This document shows, one piece after another, positions 39,036 to 53,109 of a DNA stretch of 64,000 nt. The translations under genes and the position numbers were made by a program. Each line of letters opens with the position of its first letter. The first letter of the stretch is position 1. The notes beneath the pieces were generated by a model that saw only the letters and a list, made by a program, of their open reading frames with translations, did no database searches and had not been told where the DNA came from. Source of the stretch: Eledone cirrhosa. Taxonomy: Eukaryota. The stretch covers positions 184,698,001 to 184,762,000 of the forward strand of contig OZ024741.1 in the NCBI GenBank assembly GCA_964016885.1, read 5' to 3'.

Positions 39036-42000
39036 CAGTTGCATTTATCTTGCTTTATGTTCATACGAGTAATCACCAAGTCACAACCAATGACCTCAAG
39101 AGACAACAAGGTCCGCCAATATTCAAGAAAGAACATACATACTCACACATGCATCTTTAGTGTTTAGACTTGTGATCTACTTATATTGACAGAATCTTCC
39201 TTAGTATATGGGCAGTTCCCATTAGTACTAACTTTTGTATTTCTCCTATACGCGGGTTTCCTGGGATTTGCGATAAGTAATCATTAGACCCCTTAGGTAT
39301 CATTCCCAGAGCGCCTACAGCCACTGGTATTGTTTTAGTTCTCAATTTCCACATTTTTCCAATTTCTATCTCCAGGTCCTTATACTTGCCCAATTTTTCA
39401 AATGTTTTTATAGATACATTCTTGTCTATTGGAACGGACATATCAATTAGCAGGCATACCCTCTTTTTAAAGTTCTTCAATATTATATCAGGTCTATTTG
39501 CATCTATTTTTCGGTCTGTTTTGATGCTAAAGTTCCACAAGATTGAGATGTGATCTTTTTCAAGTATGGGAGGTGGTTGATGCTCCCACCAATTCTTCTG
39601 ATGGGGCAGGTCAAAATGCTTACACATTATCCAATGTATGTATTGTGCAGCTCTGTCATGCCTGTTTAGGTATTCGGTTGGAGCTATAGGACTGCACATT
39701 GAAATTATATGGTCAATGGTCTCTGGTTGTTTTTTGCATATACGGCATAATGGGCTGCATCCATTTTTTATTATGTTGGCTTGGTAATTTTTTGTTGGCA
39801 GACACTGATCTTGTGCTGATATAATCAGTCCTTCAGTCTCCGATTTCAGTCCAGAGGATGCCAACCACTGATGGGTTAAAGTTTTGTCAACATCAGGATT
39901 GTTAGCTCGTTCTGGATATTTTCCATACAGAGGCTTTTCTTGCCATTTCTTAGCCAGTTTCTGTAGCAGTTCTTTCTTTGCAGTTACTTTTACCTGCTTT
40001 GCTTTTTCTGTGTTTTCCATTACTATATCTTTGTGCATCTTTTTTAATGGAATATGATCTTTTGATGCTTTCGTGTTTCAAAACGAGTTTGATCATCCAA
40101 TCATGTGATTCCCTTAGATATGTAGATAATCCAATTGTTGCAGTAAAGAGTCACCCTGAAAAATTCCACAATTAATATTAACTTCTCCAGCTTCCAGTGA
40201 TTTTGTTTCACTATTCAAAAGGAGTGTCGTTTTTCCATGTCTTCATACTGAATGACAAAAACCTCCTGACAACGGGGGGTAGTTTGAAAATCTCTAAACA
40301 TTTTTCAATCCAACTGTGTGGCAAACTATCGAATGCTTTTTTATAATCTATCCAAGCAATTGATAGATTTTTGTGTCTATTATGACAATCTTCCAGTATC
40401 ATTTTGTTAACCAAAAGCTGATCCTTACAGCCATATGAGCCTCGTTTACAGCCTTTCTGCTCAATGGGAAATAGGTCATTTGTTATCAGGTGGTCATATG
40501 TATATTCAGTTAGGACTGATGTTAAAATTTTATACATTGTGGTCAAGCAAGTTATCGGTATGTAATTTTTGGGATTGTTTGTCTCATCATTCTTCGGAAG
40601 CAGGAATGTAATGCCGTTAACTAGCCATGATGGTATCTTTTCTGGCTCCTTAACTATTTCATTGTAAAGTTGGGCTAACAGCTCATGAGACTCTGTGAAG
40701 GCATTTATCCAAAAATTTGGTATTTTGTCTTTTCCTGGGGATTTCCATTTGCTGGTTTTTCTTAGAGCCAAGCGCAACTGTTCAACTGTGTTATATTTTC
40801 CCATATTTGTTCCTCAAGTTGAGCTGTCTGTCCATGGGGCATGTATGTTATAAACTTTTTCTTCGGCCCAGATCTTTTCCCAGAATTCTTGCACTTCCTT
40901 CTTGGGTGGTATTGATTTAGCAGTTATTGTTGACTTACCAATTTTTCTGTAGAAGTTTCTTTGGTTGTTTTTGAACATATTATTGTCCTTATAGAATCTA
41001 GATCGTTTTTCAAAGCGCCTTATACGAGCAGCTTTGGCCGACACTTTTTGCTTGATTATTTCTATCAGCATGTCTATGTCACTTGTTGATTTTATACTGT
41101 ACTTTCTTTTCAATTTTCTAAGTTGAGTTTGTTTAACATGTTCACCTACTTTATAGTTTGTTAAAATTTCTATGTCAGATCGGAGAACGTTTATTTGTCG
41201 ATTGATGTTCTCTTGCCAAGTAGATTTCTTGTGGCAATTCCTTTGTCTTTTCATCTTCACTCCACATATGTGAGTGGTGACTTTATGCGATGCATTATAG
41301 AGATGATTTAAATCAGTAATGTTTAGTTTGTTTGTGATGATAATGTTTTTGAGAATTATGTTAGTCTTGTGTATTATCTTTCGGTTCTGTTTGGAGTTCT
41401 GGATCTTAGGGAGGGTGTCTCGTTGCCCCATGTCAGATTCTTTCATTTTCATCCATTCGATCATAATTTCATCCTTCAAGTTGGCAAGTTCATTCTCATT
41501 CATTTCTTTATCATTTACGATCTCATTATTTTCATTTGGAGTTTCATCTTGAGCATGCACTCCCTCCACTTTTTCGATCCTTTCTTTAATTTGTTCTGTT
41601 GCCAGTGATTCCGCCCCAACCCTGGGATTCGAAGTGTTACAATTTACCTCGGTTTCACTGACACATGTTTCATTTTCCCTTCGCTGACTTTGTGGTAATA
41701 GTTTGATCTGATCAATTTCTATATGAGTTAGTAACTTTTTTTTTACAATATTTCTTCGTATATTGGCTAGTTTGTTACTGTCAATATAGCCTCTGTTTTC
41801 GGGATGTTTCTTTTTCCAGTTGATATATGTCTGTTCTGTATTCGATGTATTTGATGGGTAGTACATGGCAGTGTAGAAAGCCTCAAGGACTTCTTTATTA
41901 TCTTCCCTTGACCATTTTTCTCTCTTTTTCTTTGGATTTCTTTGTGGTGAGCATGGAGGGCCAACGGTAGGAGTATTCCGGTTATGGGAGGTCTCCAGCT

Positions 42001-42292
42001 CCGAAGTGATGGGAAGGTTTGAACGATTAGCTGATTTTTCGACCCCAGTCTGGTTCCTCTCTGAGGGACGCGGCCCTCTTTTACCCGGGTGGCGGCCGAT
42101 CCGGTATGAGATGTTATCATTAGACATTTACTTTATTTTGTCGTGTTTTATCCTTATCCGCCAAGGGGTAATAATTCCGTGTTACCACTTCTAGAACGAG
42201 TGTCAACCAAGACTAGAGGGGTCGTTCTCCCATAGAGACACGGCTATTCCCCGCCGGCCGCCATCCCGGTATTTCTTGGTCACGGGGTTTTC
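39036..42292 (-). mobile_element. R4/Dong-type element, family B, copy B2 (5' end retained, internal RT deletion)
   Basis: ORF starts MSNDNISYRIGRHPGKRGPR at 42127; REKWSREDNKEVLEAFY. The junction at ~40145 joins QGDSL directly to TATIGL. Confidence 0.9.
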
Positions 42293-43266
42293 TTTTTTGT
42301 TGTTTTTTTAATTTGTTATTATCATGAGTGGTTCCTTAATGTGAGCATTGCGTGGGTTAAGAATGAAATTATTAATAATTGTCTCCACTCCAGGCACAAG
42401 GCCAGCAATCATCCAGTGCATTACAATAATATAATATACTTTTTGCCGAAGTTGCCTGTTATTGTTGTTGGCTATGTCGGTGGTGGTGCTGGGGCCTTTT
42501 ATATTGTTGGTGAGGAAGGGGGGAGCCAGCAGTGCCATAGTTGTTGACGTTTGGCCGGTGGCTGGGTCACTAAGTCAATCTATTCATATCTTTTGCTAGC
42601 CTCTCCCTTGTCTAGTGATACCGCCACCTTCCCCTTTCTTAAGTTAACAGGGGAATAGTGGTGGTAGCAATGAAGGAGTGGTGGCGGCGGTGATGGGATA
42701 GTGGTAGCAATGATGGATGGAGTGGTGGCGGCGGTGACGTTGTCGTTACTGAGTTTTGTAGAATGGACTAGTTTTGTTTGATCTGTAGTATCTATGCGTT
42801 TGTGTCGCGTATGTTTAATATATGTGTTGACATATTCCCGTAATATTGGAATTAAACATTTTGTTAAAACTTGAGACAATAATAATAGTAATTATTATTA
42901 TGATGCTGAGATTGGTGGTGGTGGTGGTGAAATTGCCGTTATCTGGCTGTTATATTTAGTGTACACAGCGGGGTGATGGGGTAGGTGGTGTATCAAGTTT
43001 CTGGTGTTGGTGAAATTGCTGTTATTTGGCTGTTCTATATAGTGTAGACAGAGGGGGTTTTCTTCCATTTATAACCATTTTCTTTTTTGAATATAAAATA
43101 TATAATACAAAATTGAATATTTGAGCGATATAACAATATATTATGGATCCGAAATTTTATGAGACTTGATTCGGTGGTTTATGCATCATTTGTACTAAGA
43201 ATTGTTATGTCATAATTGATTTAAATATGTTAAAAATTAAAAACTTACCGGAGCGATTTCATGACC

Positions 43267-43324
<58 letters not shown>

Positions 43325-43453
43325 TGTTACATCCTCTGTTTTTGTTTTTTACACGCAGAAATGCCCATTTGTACCGTCCTGTATTGTCCTGTACTGTCCT
43401 TAATGTCTACTTTATGTAAACCCTTGTGGTTAATAAAGAAAGCATTATTATTA

Positions 43454-43503
<50 letters not shown>
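43325..43503 (+). mobile_element. Tx1-related 3'-end fragment embedded in (ATT)n
   Basis: TGTATTGTCCTGTAC...CCCTTGTGGTTAATAAAGAAAGC(ATT)n, with (ATT)n also upstream (43267-43324). Confidence 0.6.
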
Positions 43504-43504
<1 letters not shown>

Positions 43505-44935
43505 AGTTGCATTTATCTTGCTTTATGTTCATACGAGTTATCACCAAGTCACAACCAGTGACCCCAAGAGACAACAAGGTCCGCCATGTTCAAGAAAGAA
43601 CATACATACTCACACATGCATCTTTAGTGTTTAGACTTGTGATCTACTTATATTGACAGAATCTTCCTTAGTATATGGGCAGTTCCCATTAGTACTATCT
43701 TTTGTATTTCTCCTATACGCGGGTTTCCTGGGATTTGCGATAAGTAATCATTAGACCCCTTAGGTATCATTCCCAGAGCGCCTACAACCACTGGTATTGT
43801 TTTAGTTCTCAATTTCCACATTTTTCCAATTTCTATCTCCAGGTCCTTATACTTGCTCAATTTTTCAAATGTTTTTATAGATACATTCTTGTCTATTGGA
43901 ACAGACATATCAATTAGTAGGCATACCCTCTTTTTAAAGTCCTTCAATATTATATCAGGTCTATTTGCATCTATTTTTCGGTCTGTTTGGATGCTAAAGT
44001 TCCACAAGATTGAGATGTGATCTTTTTCAAGTATGGGAGGTGGTTGATGCTTCCACCAATTCTTTTGATGGAGCAGGTCAAAATGCTTACACATTATCCA
44101 ATGTATGTATTGTGCAACTCTGTCATGCCTGTTTAGGTATTCGGTTGGAGCTATAGGACTGCACATTGAAATTATATGGTCAATGGTGTCTGGTTGTTTT
44201 TTGCATACACGGTATAATGGGCTGCATCCATTTTTTATTATGTTGGCTTGGTAATTTTTTGTTGGCAGACACTGATCTTGTGCTGATATAATCAGTCCTT
44301 CAGTCTCCGATTTCAGTCCAGAGGATGCCAACCACTGATGGGTTAAAGTTTTGTCAACATCAGGATTGTTAGCTCACTGGGTATTTTCCATACAGAGGCT
44401 TTTCTTGCCATTTCTTAGCTAGTTTCTGTAGCAGTTCTTTCTTTGCAGTTACTTTTACCTGCTTTGCTTTTTCTGTGTTTTCCACTTCAGCAGTAAATGG
44501 GACTTCTGAAATTTGTAGTCCATTACTGTATCTTTGTGCATCTTTTGTAATCGAATATGATCTTTTGATGCTTTCGTGTTTCAAAACGAGTTTGATCATC
44601 CAATCATGTGATTCCCTTAGATATGTAGATAATCCAATTGTTGCAGTTTTCAACGCAATGTCTAACTGGATTAACCCACGTCTTCCTTCTTTCCTAGGGA
44701 GATATATTCTATCTATATCTGCCTTAGGGTGATGCATTCTGTGCATGGTTAAGAACTTTCGAATTTTTGTATCGAGCCTACGGATCTCTGTGCTTGACCA
44801 GTTGATGACATTGTAACTGTAGGTTACTACTGGTATGGCAAGGTGTTTATGGCATCGATCCTATTCCTTGCATTCAATTCCGTTCTTAAGATTGCTCTTA
44901 CTCTGCGGTAACATTCCTTCCTTATCCTCTCCCTC

Positions 44936-44936
<1 letters not shown>
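43504..44936 (-). mobile_element. R4/Dong-type element, family B, copy B3 (3' 1.4 kb)
   Basis: ORFs 43648..44331 and 44369..44746 near-identical to B1/B2; (TAA)n on both sides. Confidence 0.9.
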
Positions 44937-44983
<47 letters not shown>

Positions 44984-45255
44984 GCATACAGGCACCCCCA
45001 CCCAAACCCCCACATATATATATGACTAACAACACCAGGCATCTTCTCCAAATCTAACTTGCCGGTTTTCTTTCATATTTTCTTCCCATCAAGCTTAATT
45101 GTTCTTCTCCCATCCAAACACCCTCTTTACTTTTCCTCAACCAATCTTCCGATGAAGGACTAGCTTGCGAAATGTTAAAGCTGTTTCCTCTTTTCCAACT
45201 CTATCAAACGTTAAACTAAGTTATCATCATTGTATTGTATTGTTATCCTTGTTAA
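44937..45255 (+). repeat. Right arm of the inverted repeat (partner 32257-32557)
   Basis: Reverse complement of the left arm, including the inward-facing AAT/ATT run. Confidence 0.85.
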
Positions 45256-45434
45256 CCATTCATAGCGTTTAAAATAACGGTTTTTCAATCATATAACCCA
45301 ACCATATTTACATATTCCTTTGCATATTCATCCATAAGTTTGAAAAATCCGTCCTTTAATCTCACTACCGAAGGAAAATTCAGCTGATACGGTATGTTTG
45401 CTTGGCTATGTCAAAATTTCTAAAACAATCTTTG

Positions 45435-45496
45435 TATGTTATCTGATGAAACCGTACCAAAGTTTTTGGTACCCTTGAAATAAATATAATAGAATA
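45435..45496 (+). ncRNA. Type I hammerhead ribozyme motif (family H1)
   Basis: TATGTTAT-CTGATGA-[AACC GTACCAAA..TTTGGTAC CCTT]-GAAA-TAAATA-TA-ATAGAATA; some stem mismatches. Confidence 0.6.
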
Positions 45497-45535
45497 AATA
45501 TGGTTATATAAATATAGTTTACGTTTATTTAATAT

Positions 45536-45640
<105 letters not shown>

Positions 45641-45733
45641 ATGTATGTAAAATGTAGATAGAAATAACAACACAATCGGTTCAGTATATCGGAGGGATAT
45701 ATTAGGTTAACGCTCGATATAGAAGGAAGAGTG

Positions 45734-45769
45734 TCTTAACGTTTCGAACGCTAGTCTTTCATCAGAAGA
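45734..45769 (-). ncRNA. Minimal hammerhead ribozyme motif
   Basis: TCTT-CTGATGA-AAGACTAGCGTTC-GAAAC-GTT-AAGA; palindromic AACGTT stem III, weak stem II. Confidence 0.5.
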
Positions 45770-46447
45770 AAGAACGAGAAATTAGATAGATTGAGGGGAC
45801 GGGCCGGATGGAATTGGAAAAAATGTCTTTAGATAAAATTAACAGGTCCATTCATGTTGACATCTCTTGCAAAACTGTTGGTGCTGGCTGTTTGTGTATG
45901 ATTTATTATTTAGAGAAGTGGATGATGGAGTGCATCTACCTGAAACGGGAAAAATACCATTTTGTTAAAGGAGCTATATTTGTGCGCGTGCATAAGCATG
46001 TGTATTTATATGTGCGCGCTCACGCGCGCGCGAGCGCGTGTGTGTGTTGTTATAGGTCCGTACAAAGCTCAGAAGAATAGTGTGTGTATATATGTGAGTA
46101 AAAGAGTGTGTGTATGTAAGTACGAAACCATGAGCAAAAGTACGTTAATATAAGGGTGTGTATGTGTGTATGCAGAGCAGTGAAAGGAAAAGTGGAGTGA
46201 GCATATTTAGTCGGCATGTATTAGTTGTAAGAGAAGCTGCTAATGATCAAGAGAAAGCGATAGGAATCTAGGGGTGAGATAATGGACGGGGTATTAGAGA
46301 AATTGGGGAGGTGATATATATATATGGTGATATATTGCAACGTTTTTTGAAATATTCTTTCTGCATTCACAGATTGACTTTGTTTCAGAAGATCCCGTTA
46401 AGGGTGAAATCAGCGATTCTTTGCTTAAACTTTAATCTGTTATTTTA

Positions 46448-46502
<55 letters not shown>

Positions 46503-47003
46503 GTATTTCCGTCGGAAAGTATACGTCTACGTACTATTACGTATAAGCGGGTGGTTGAGTATGTGTATTTACTCTTTTACCCTTTTACCTGTTTCAGCCA
46601 TCCGACTGAGGCTATGCTGGGGCGCCGCCATGTTTATGTTATTTATGTATTTTTCCCCTAAATCCTTTTTGCCCGTTTTTTCAGCCTCACTTTCATATTT
46701 CCTAAATTTTGTTTTCAAATCCAAATTAAATAAAAACACCATGTTATTTATTCATTCATTCCGACGACTGAAGACAGACATAACATCTGCCATCAAGAAA
46801 CCACTGGTAAATGAAATAATTATCTTATGTTGTTTATTACATAACTATATATATATATATATATATATATAATTATATCCTTAATTTGTTTTGCGAGATT
46901 TCTCATCTGAAAACGTGTGTTGAAACATATATTTTTATACTTTGGGAGGGTCATGTTTCCAATAAATACACGCACTTCTTGGTTTTCACTTCAACTTATT
47001 ATA

Positions 47004-47072
<69 letters not shown>

Positions 47073-47124
47073 GACGTAAAATAAGAAAATCTTAAAAATT
47101 AAAAATTAACTTACTAAAATTTTC

Positions 47125-47206
47125 ACTCCAACTAATTAGTTTCTGTAATGGGATAAAGATAGTTACGCAATGTAACCATCGAGAATTCATTACGTCATCA
47201 GGGAGT
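47125..47206 (-). ncRNA. Type I hammerhead ribozyme motif (family H2), minus-strand copy
   Basis: ACTCC-CTGATGA-long stem II-GAAAC-TAATTA-GTT-GGAGT. Confidence 0.72.
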
Positions 47207-47557
47207 CTATTCTCAGCTAAGTCTCCAGGCAATGCGCGGACACTAGGGACTCATATAAAAATAATAATTCGGTGGATGGAACAGCTAGCGGGGGGCTGAA
47301 TTCCATAGCACTACTAATTCATTGTAGTGAAAAAGTTCACTGTCTCTGGTTAAATGGCAGATTCTAAAGAATCAATCACGTGACACTGAGGCTAGTCAGA
47401 AGGAGTGGGATGGTATAATGACAAAAGCCTACTACCAATACAATGAATTAGTAGTGCTATGGAATTCAGTCCCCGCTAGCTGTTCCATCCACCGAATTAT
47501 TATTTTTATATGAGTCCCTAGTGTCCGCGCATTGCCTGGAGACTTAGCTGAGAATAG

Positions 47558-47639
47558 ACTCCCTGATGACGTAATGAATTCTCGATGGTTACGTTGGGTA
47601 ACTATCTTTATCCCATTACAGAAACTAATTAGTTGGAGT
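47558..47639 (+). ncRNA. Type I hammerhead ribozyme motif (family H2), plus-strand copy
   Basis: Stem I ACTCC/GGAGT; core CTGATGA 47563-47569; stem II GTAATG/CATTAC extended by GATGGTTAC/GTAACTATC; GAAA 47621-47624; palindromic AACTAATTAGTT; predicted cut after 47634. Confidence 0.72.
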
Positions 47640-47809
47640 GAAAATTTTAGTAAGTAAGTTAATTTTTTAATTTTTAAAATGTTCTTATTTTACGTCTTTT
47701 ATATAATTGTTCTGCATCCTCCTGCATTGAACCACATAGGTACTATGACATAACTTATGTATTTGCTAGCATTAGTGTACATCTGTACGCATATGTTGGT
47801 AAATATACT

Positions 47810-48576
<767 letters not shown>

Positions 48577-48627
48577 TATATATATATATATATCATCATT
48601 ATCATCATCATCATCGTTTTTGCGTCC

Positions 48628-48719
<92 letters not shown>

Positions 48720-50161
48720 TCTATAAATGAATTGAAAACAAAACTGAATTGCCATACACTATTAGTGGACTCTATGGAGAATTTCTCACTTAATCTATCC
48801 TACTAAAATATAAATATGTTATGAGATACAAATACATATAAGAAATACTACTCGTTATTTGGAAGCCAGATAATGCTTATTTGGAACGCCAAGGTAATAA
48901 GAAAATAGGAAGAAAAAAGAACACAGTGAAGTAAAGTTCTCTTGACCCATTCCATTGCTATGAAGATTGATAGGAGAAAGGAAAGAAATTATCCTTAGAT
49001 AGAAGTCCTGACGCGAATATTTTAAAACTAGTGTTGACTGTTTAAGACACCGAAACATTAAATATTGAGATTGTGCGTAGCTTTTATTTCATGAAATAAT
49101 CAGATAAACTGTGGAAAGTGTGTTCATCATCTTTTCAGAAGCTTCCAGGCAGGTGAGATTCATACGGTTGATGTTCAGCTGAGAGTCTGAAAGGTGATAT
49201 TTGCACATCAATGCCTGCAAGGAAAACATGGACATGGAACCAATTCCCAAACGTTTGCAATATTTATGGATCAATGAGTTATTTTCTGTAAGATTTTGTT
49301 TTCTTGATGGTTACGGTGGTGATAGATCTGCTAAATTCCAGGACTGCTCTGTCCAACGAGACTTTTCTGTTGTTTAGAGCTCTTCATGGCCAACAGAGAC
49401 AATTTCTATGAATTATTGAGACGGCAATTTGGTGCATAAAACTCTACATTAGTCCGCAGTGGTCATATTGCTAGACGTCGGTCTGAAGAGGACCATTTTA
49501 ATGTTTTACGATTTTGATGACATTACCGAATTATCAGTCTTTTATCAATCATTGTTGCCGCATTCAACAAACCCCAAAAGCTTATTCTACACTGGACAAG
49601 TGGATTTTACTGAATGTTGCGATCCTGATCAATCTGACTTTATATGCCTCAAAGAGTGGAACCATTATCACTTGATGTAGCTAATAAACTACCTGCTGCA
49701 CTATAACATACGTTTCTATAATCAATGGAATTAGAGCTGTGAAAGTGCCTCTTATTGTTTATATATGTACAATATATTCATGAAAATAATTAACTTATAT
49801 CGAGAGGGCAGAGAATGGATTTGAATGACATTTGGCTGATAAGTCCAGTAACTAACATTCATGGATGTGTGTATGAGTTTGTCGTAGGCACATATGCATA
49901 TTTGCAAATACCTGAGTATAGAATGCGATTATACATGAACGTGGCTCTGTTTCTGTTCGTGTATATATATCCGTATGCGTCTCTGATCAAATCATCGTAT
50001 TCCGATGATTTGATCAGAGACGCACACAGTATTTAAGGTCGAGTGACGCAATTTCGAGTGATCAGCGGCCTTTAGACTCACCTGATCATTGAAACAATTG
50101 TTAATACTGTAAATAAAACCCTTTTTGTACAGCAGACCATGTTATTCTTCACACTTTCACT

Positions 50162-50831
<670 letters not shown>

Positions 50832-51141
50832 ATATAAGTGTGTGTTTGTTTGAGCGTGTACGGGCGTGTACGTGTATGTATGTGAATATATGCACATCTT
50901 TCTCGATTGTTATCCATGATTTCTCTTATCTTTTTTTTTTTTTTTTCATTCTCTGTCAAGTACAACAACTATTTCATCCTGCAAGAGTTTAATAAGTACA
51001 GAAGGTACTTCCGTTACAACGGGAGAGCAAATTACTCATTAAGCGTCAAACGAACAGATGCAGTGAAAATCGAACGGAGGCTGGCAATTGATCTAAAGAT
51101 ATGAGTGCAATAAATATTTCGCCGACGCCAATGCGAGGCAA

Positions 51142-51183
<42 letters not shown>

Positions 51184-51267
51184 GAAAAGTTCGGATTAAT
51201 CGATATTAACTGCATGTAAATACAGACCCATACACGTACACACACATATGATATGAAATATATGTAT

Positions 51268-51336
<69 letters not shown>

Positions 51337-51465
51337 ACATATATATATATGCATATATATATATATATAATATATATATATACATATATATATATATAGA
51401 CACACATATATATATATATGTGTGTATACATATATATATATATATATATATACATATACACACAC

Positions 51466-51570
<105 letters not shown>

Positions 51571-51849
51571 TGTGTGTGTGTATATTTATATATTTATATA
51601 TATATATATCTTATATATCATACGATCCAAAGTTAGGCTGTTTTCTTTCATCGATGTTGCGATAGATTCAATAAACGGCAATTACCCGTAGTGTAGTTTT
51701 CTTTCAAACACGCACGAACAATCACAAATACAAAACACACTACTCTGTTTGTTGTTTGTATGTATGCATGAATCTATGTTTGTATGTATGTAACTATGCA
51801 TAGGTGTATGTATGTATCTATAAACGCATACCCCCCCCACACACACACA

Positions 51850-51923
<74 letters not shown>

Positions 51924-52104
51924 TACACATACACACACACACAATACACATGTATATTAGTGTGTTTCTGCGTATGGGTTGGAAGTACTTCAAACAATGT
52001 CGTACATAAATGTTTAACACAGTCTACCTCATATCAAAGCAACTATTGATATCGGTGTGTGTATGTTAAGATATAATAACCTTTATATGTACGCTTATAT
52101 ATAC

Positions 52105-52200
<96 letters not shown>

Positions 52201-52265
52201 GTATATGTATGTATATATCTATGTGAGCATTTGTGTGTATATATATATGTATATATAAATATACA

Positions 52266-52306
<41 letters not shown>

Positions 52307-52509
52307 ACACCGATCAATAAAGATCAGAATAGTTTGTCGAAAGGAATCGGATAGAAATCAAGATTAAATAAGATTTTCAGTAAATTGTTAGAGAAGAAAC
52401 CTATATATTTCATGTGAAAATTACTTCTCCGGGAGAATTGTTTCATCAACAATGTCATCTACATTTCTTTTTACTTCATACAAATGAATCAGTGTTAGTC
52501 CTGTTATGT

Positions 52510-52572
<63 letters not shown>

Positions 52573-53109
52573 TTGATATAGATATATAAACATATTTATT
52601 TTAGGTACTGATTAAAGTTTAAGCAAAGAATCCTACTTATAATAAATGTTTGCTCTATGGGTGTTTATATGTATATTGTATATATATATATATATATATG
52701 TATATAATCCTTATGGAGTCCTCTTCGTATTTTATATATATGTATATATATATATGCAAGCATACATAATACACATATACATTTATACATACACACACAC
52801 ATTCATACATAGTATATACATTTGTGGTAGACTAATTGTAGAAAATGACGAAATGGTTGATGGCATTAGGATATACGATAACAATAAGTATCATGGGGTA
52901 ATGTTTTTTATATACCACGCCCATTAAGGAATTGGATAATATTCTTTAAAAAATCTCCAAGAAATAAATCTTAATCATGGAACGGACCTTGAGTATTACA
53001 GCTTCAGATATTGTTGCAATTGGCTTTATACAGAGAGGTTTATCATGAACATTAATTCTGAACGATATTCAGCGTGACGCAGTATGTGATAAGGTTTCAG
53101 TCTACCCTG

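Larger units (their letters stand above)
47065..47705. mobile_element. ~640-bp element made of ~260-bp inverted arms around a 112-bp spacer, PLE-type, next to (TA)n
   Basis: 47065-47326 is the reverse complement of 47439-47705 with few differences; each arm holds a hammerhead. Confidence 0.85.

Noticed and set aside
49100-49680. Moderately GC-balanced unique stretch that might be an exon
   Set aside because: Frames I read contain stops, with no recognisable motif or supported splice pair; cannot be excluded without RNA data.
50026-50110. ACAGTATT/AATACTGT pairing with GAAACAATTGTT, like a hammerhead 3' half
   Set aside because: No CUGANGA core in the required position.
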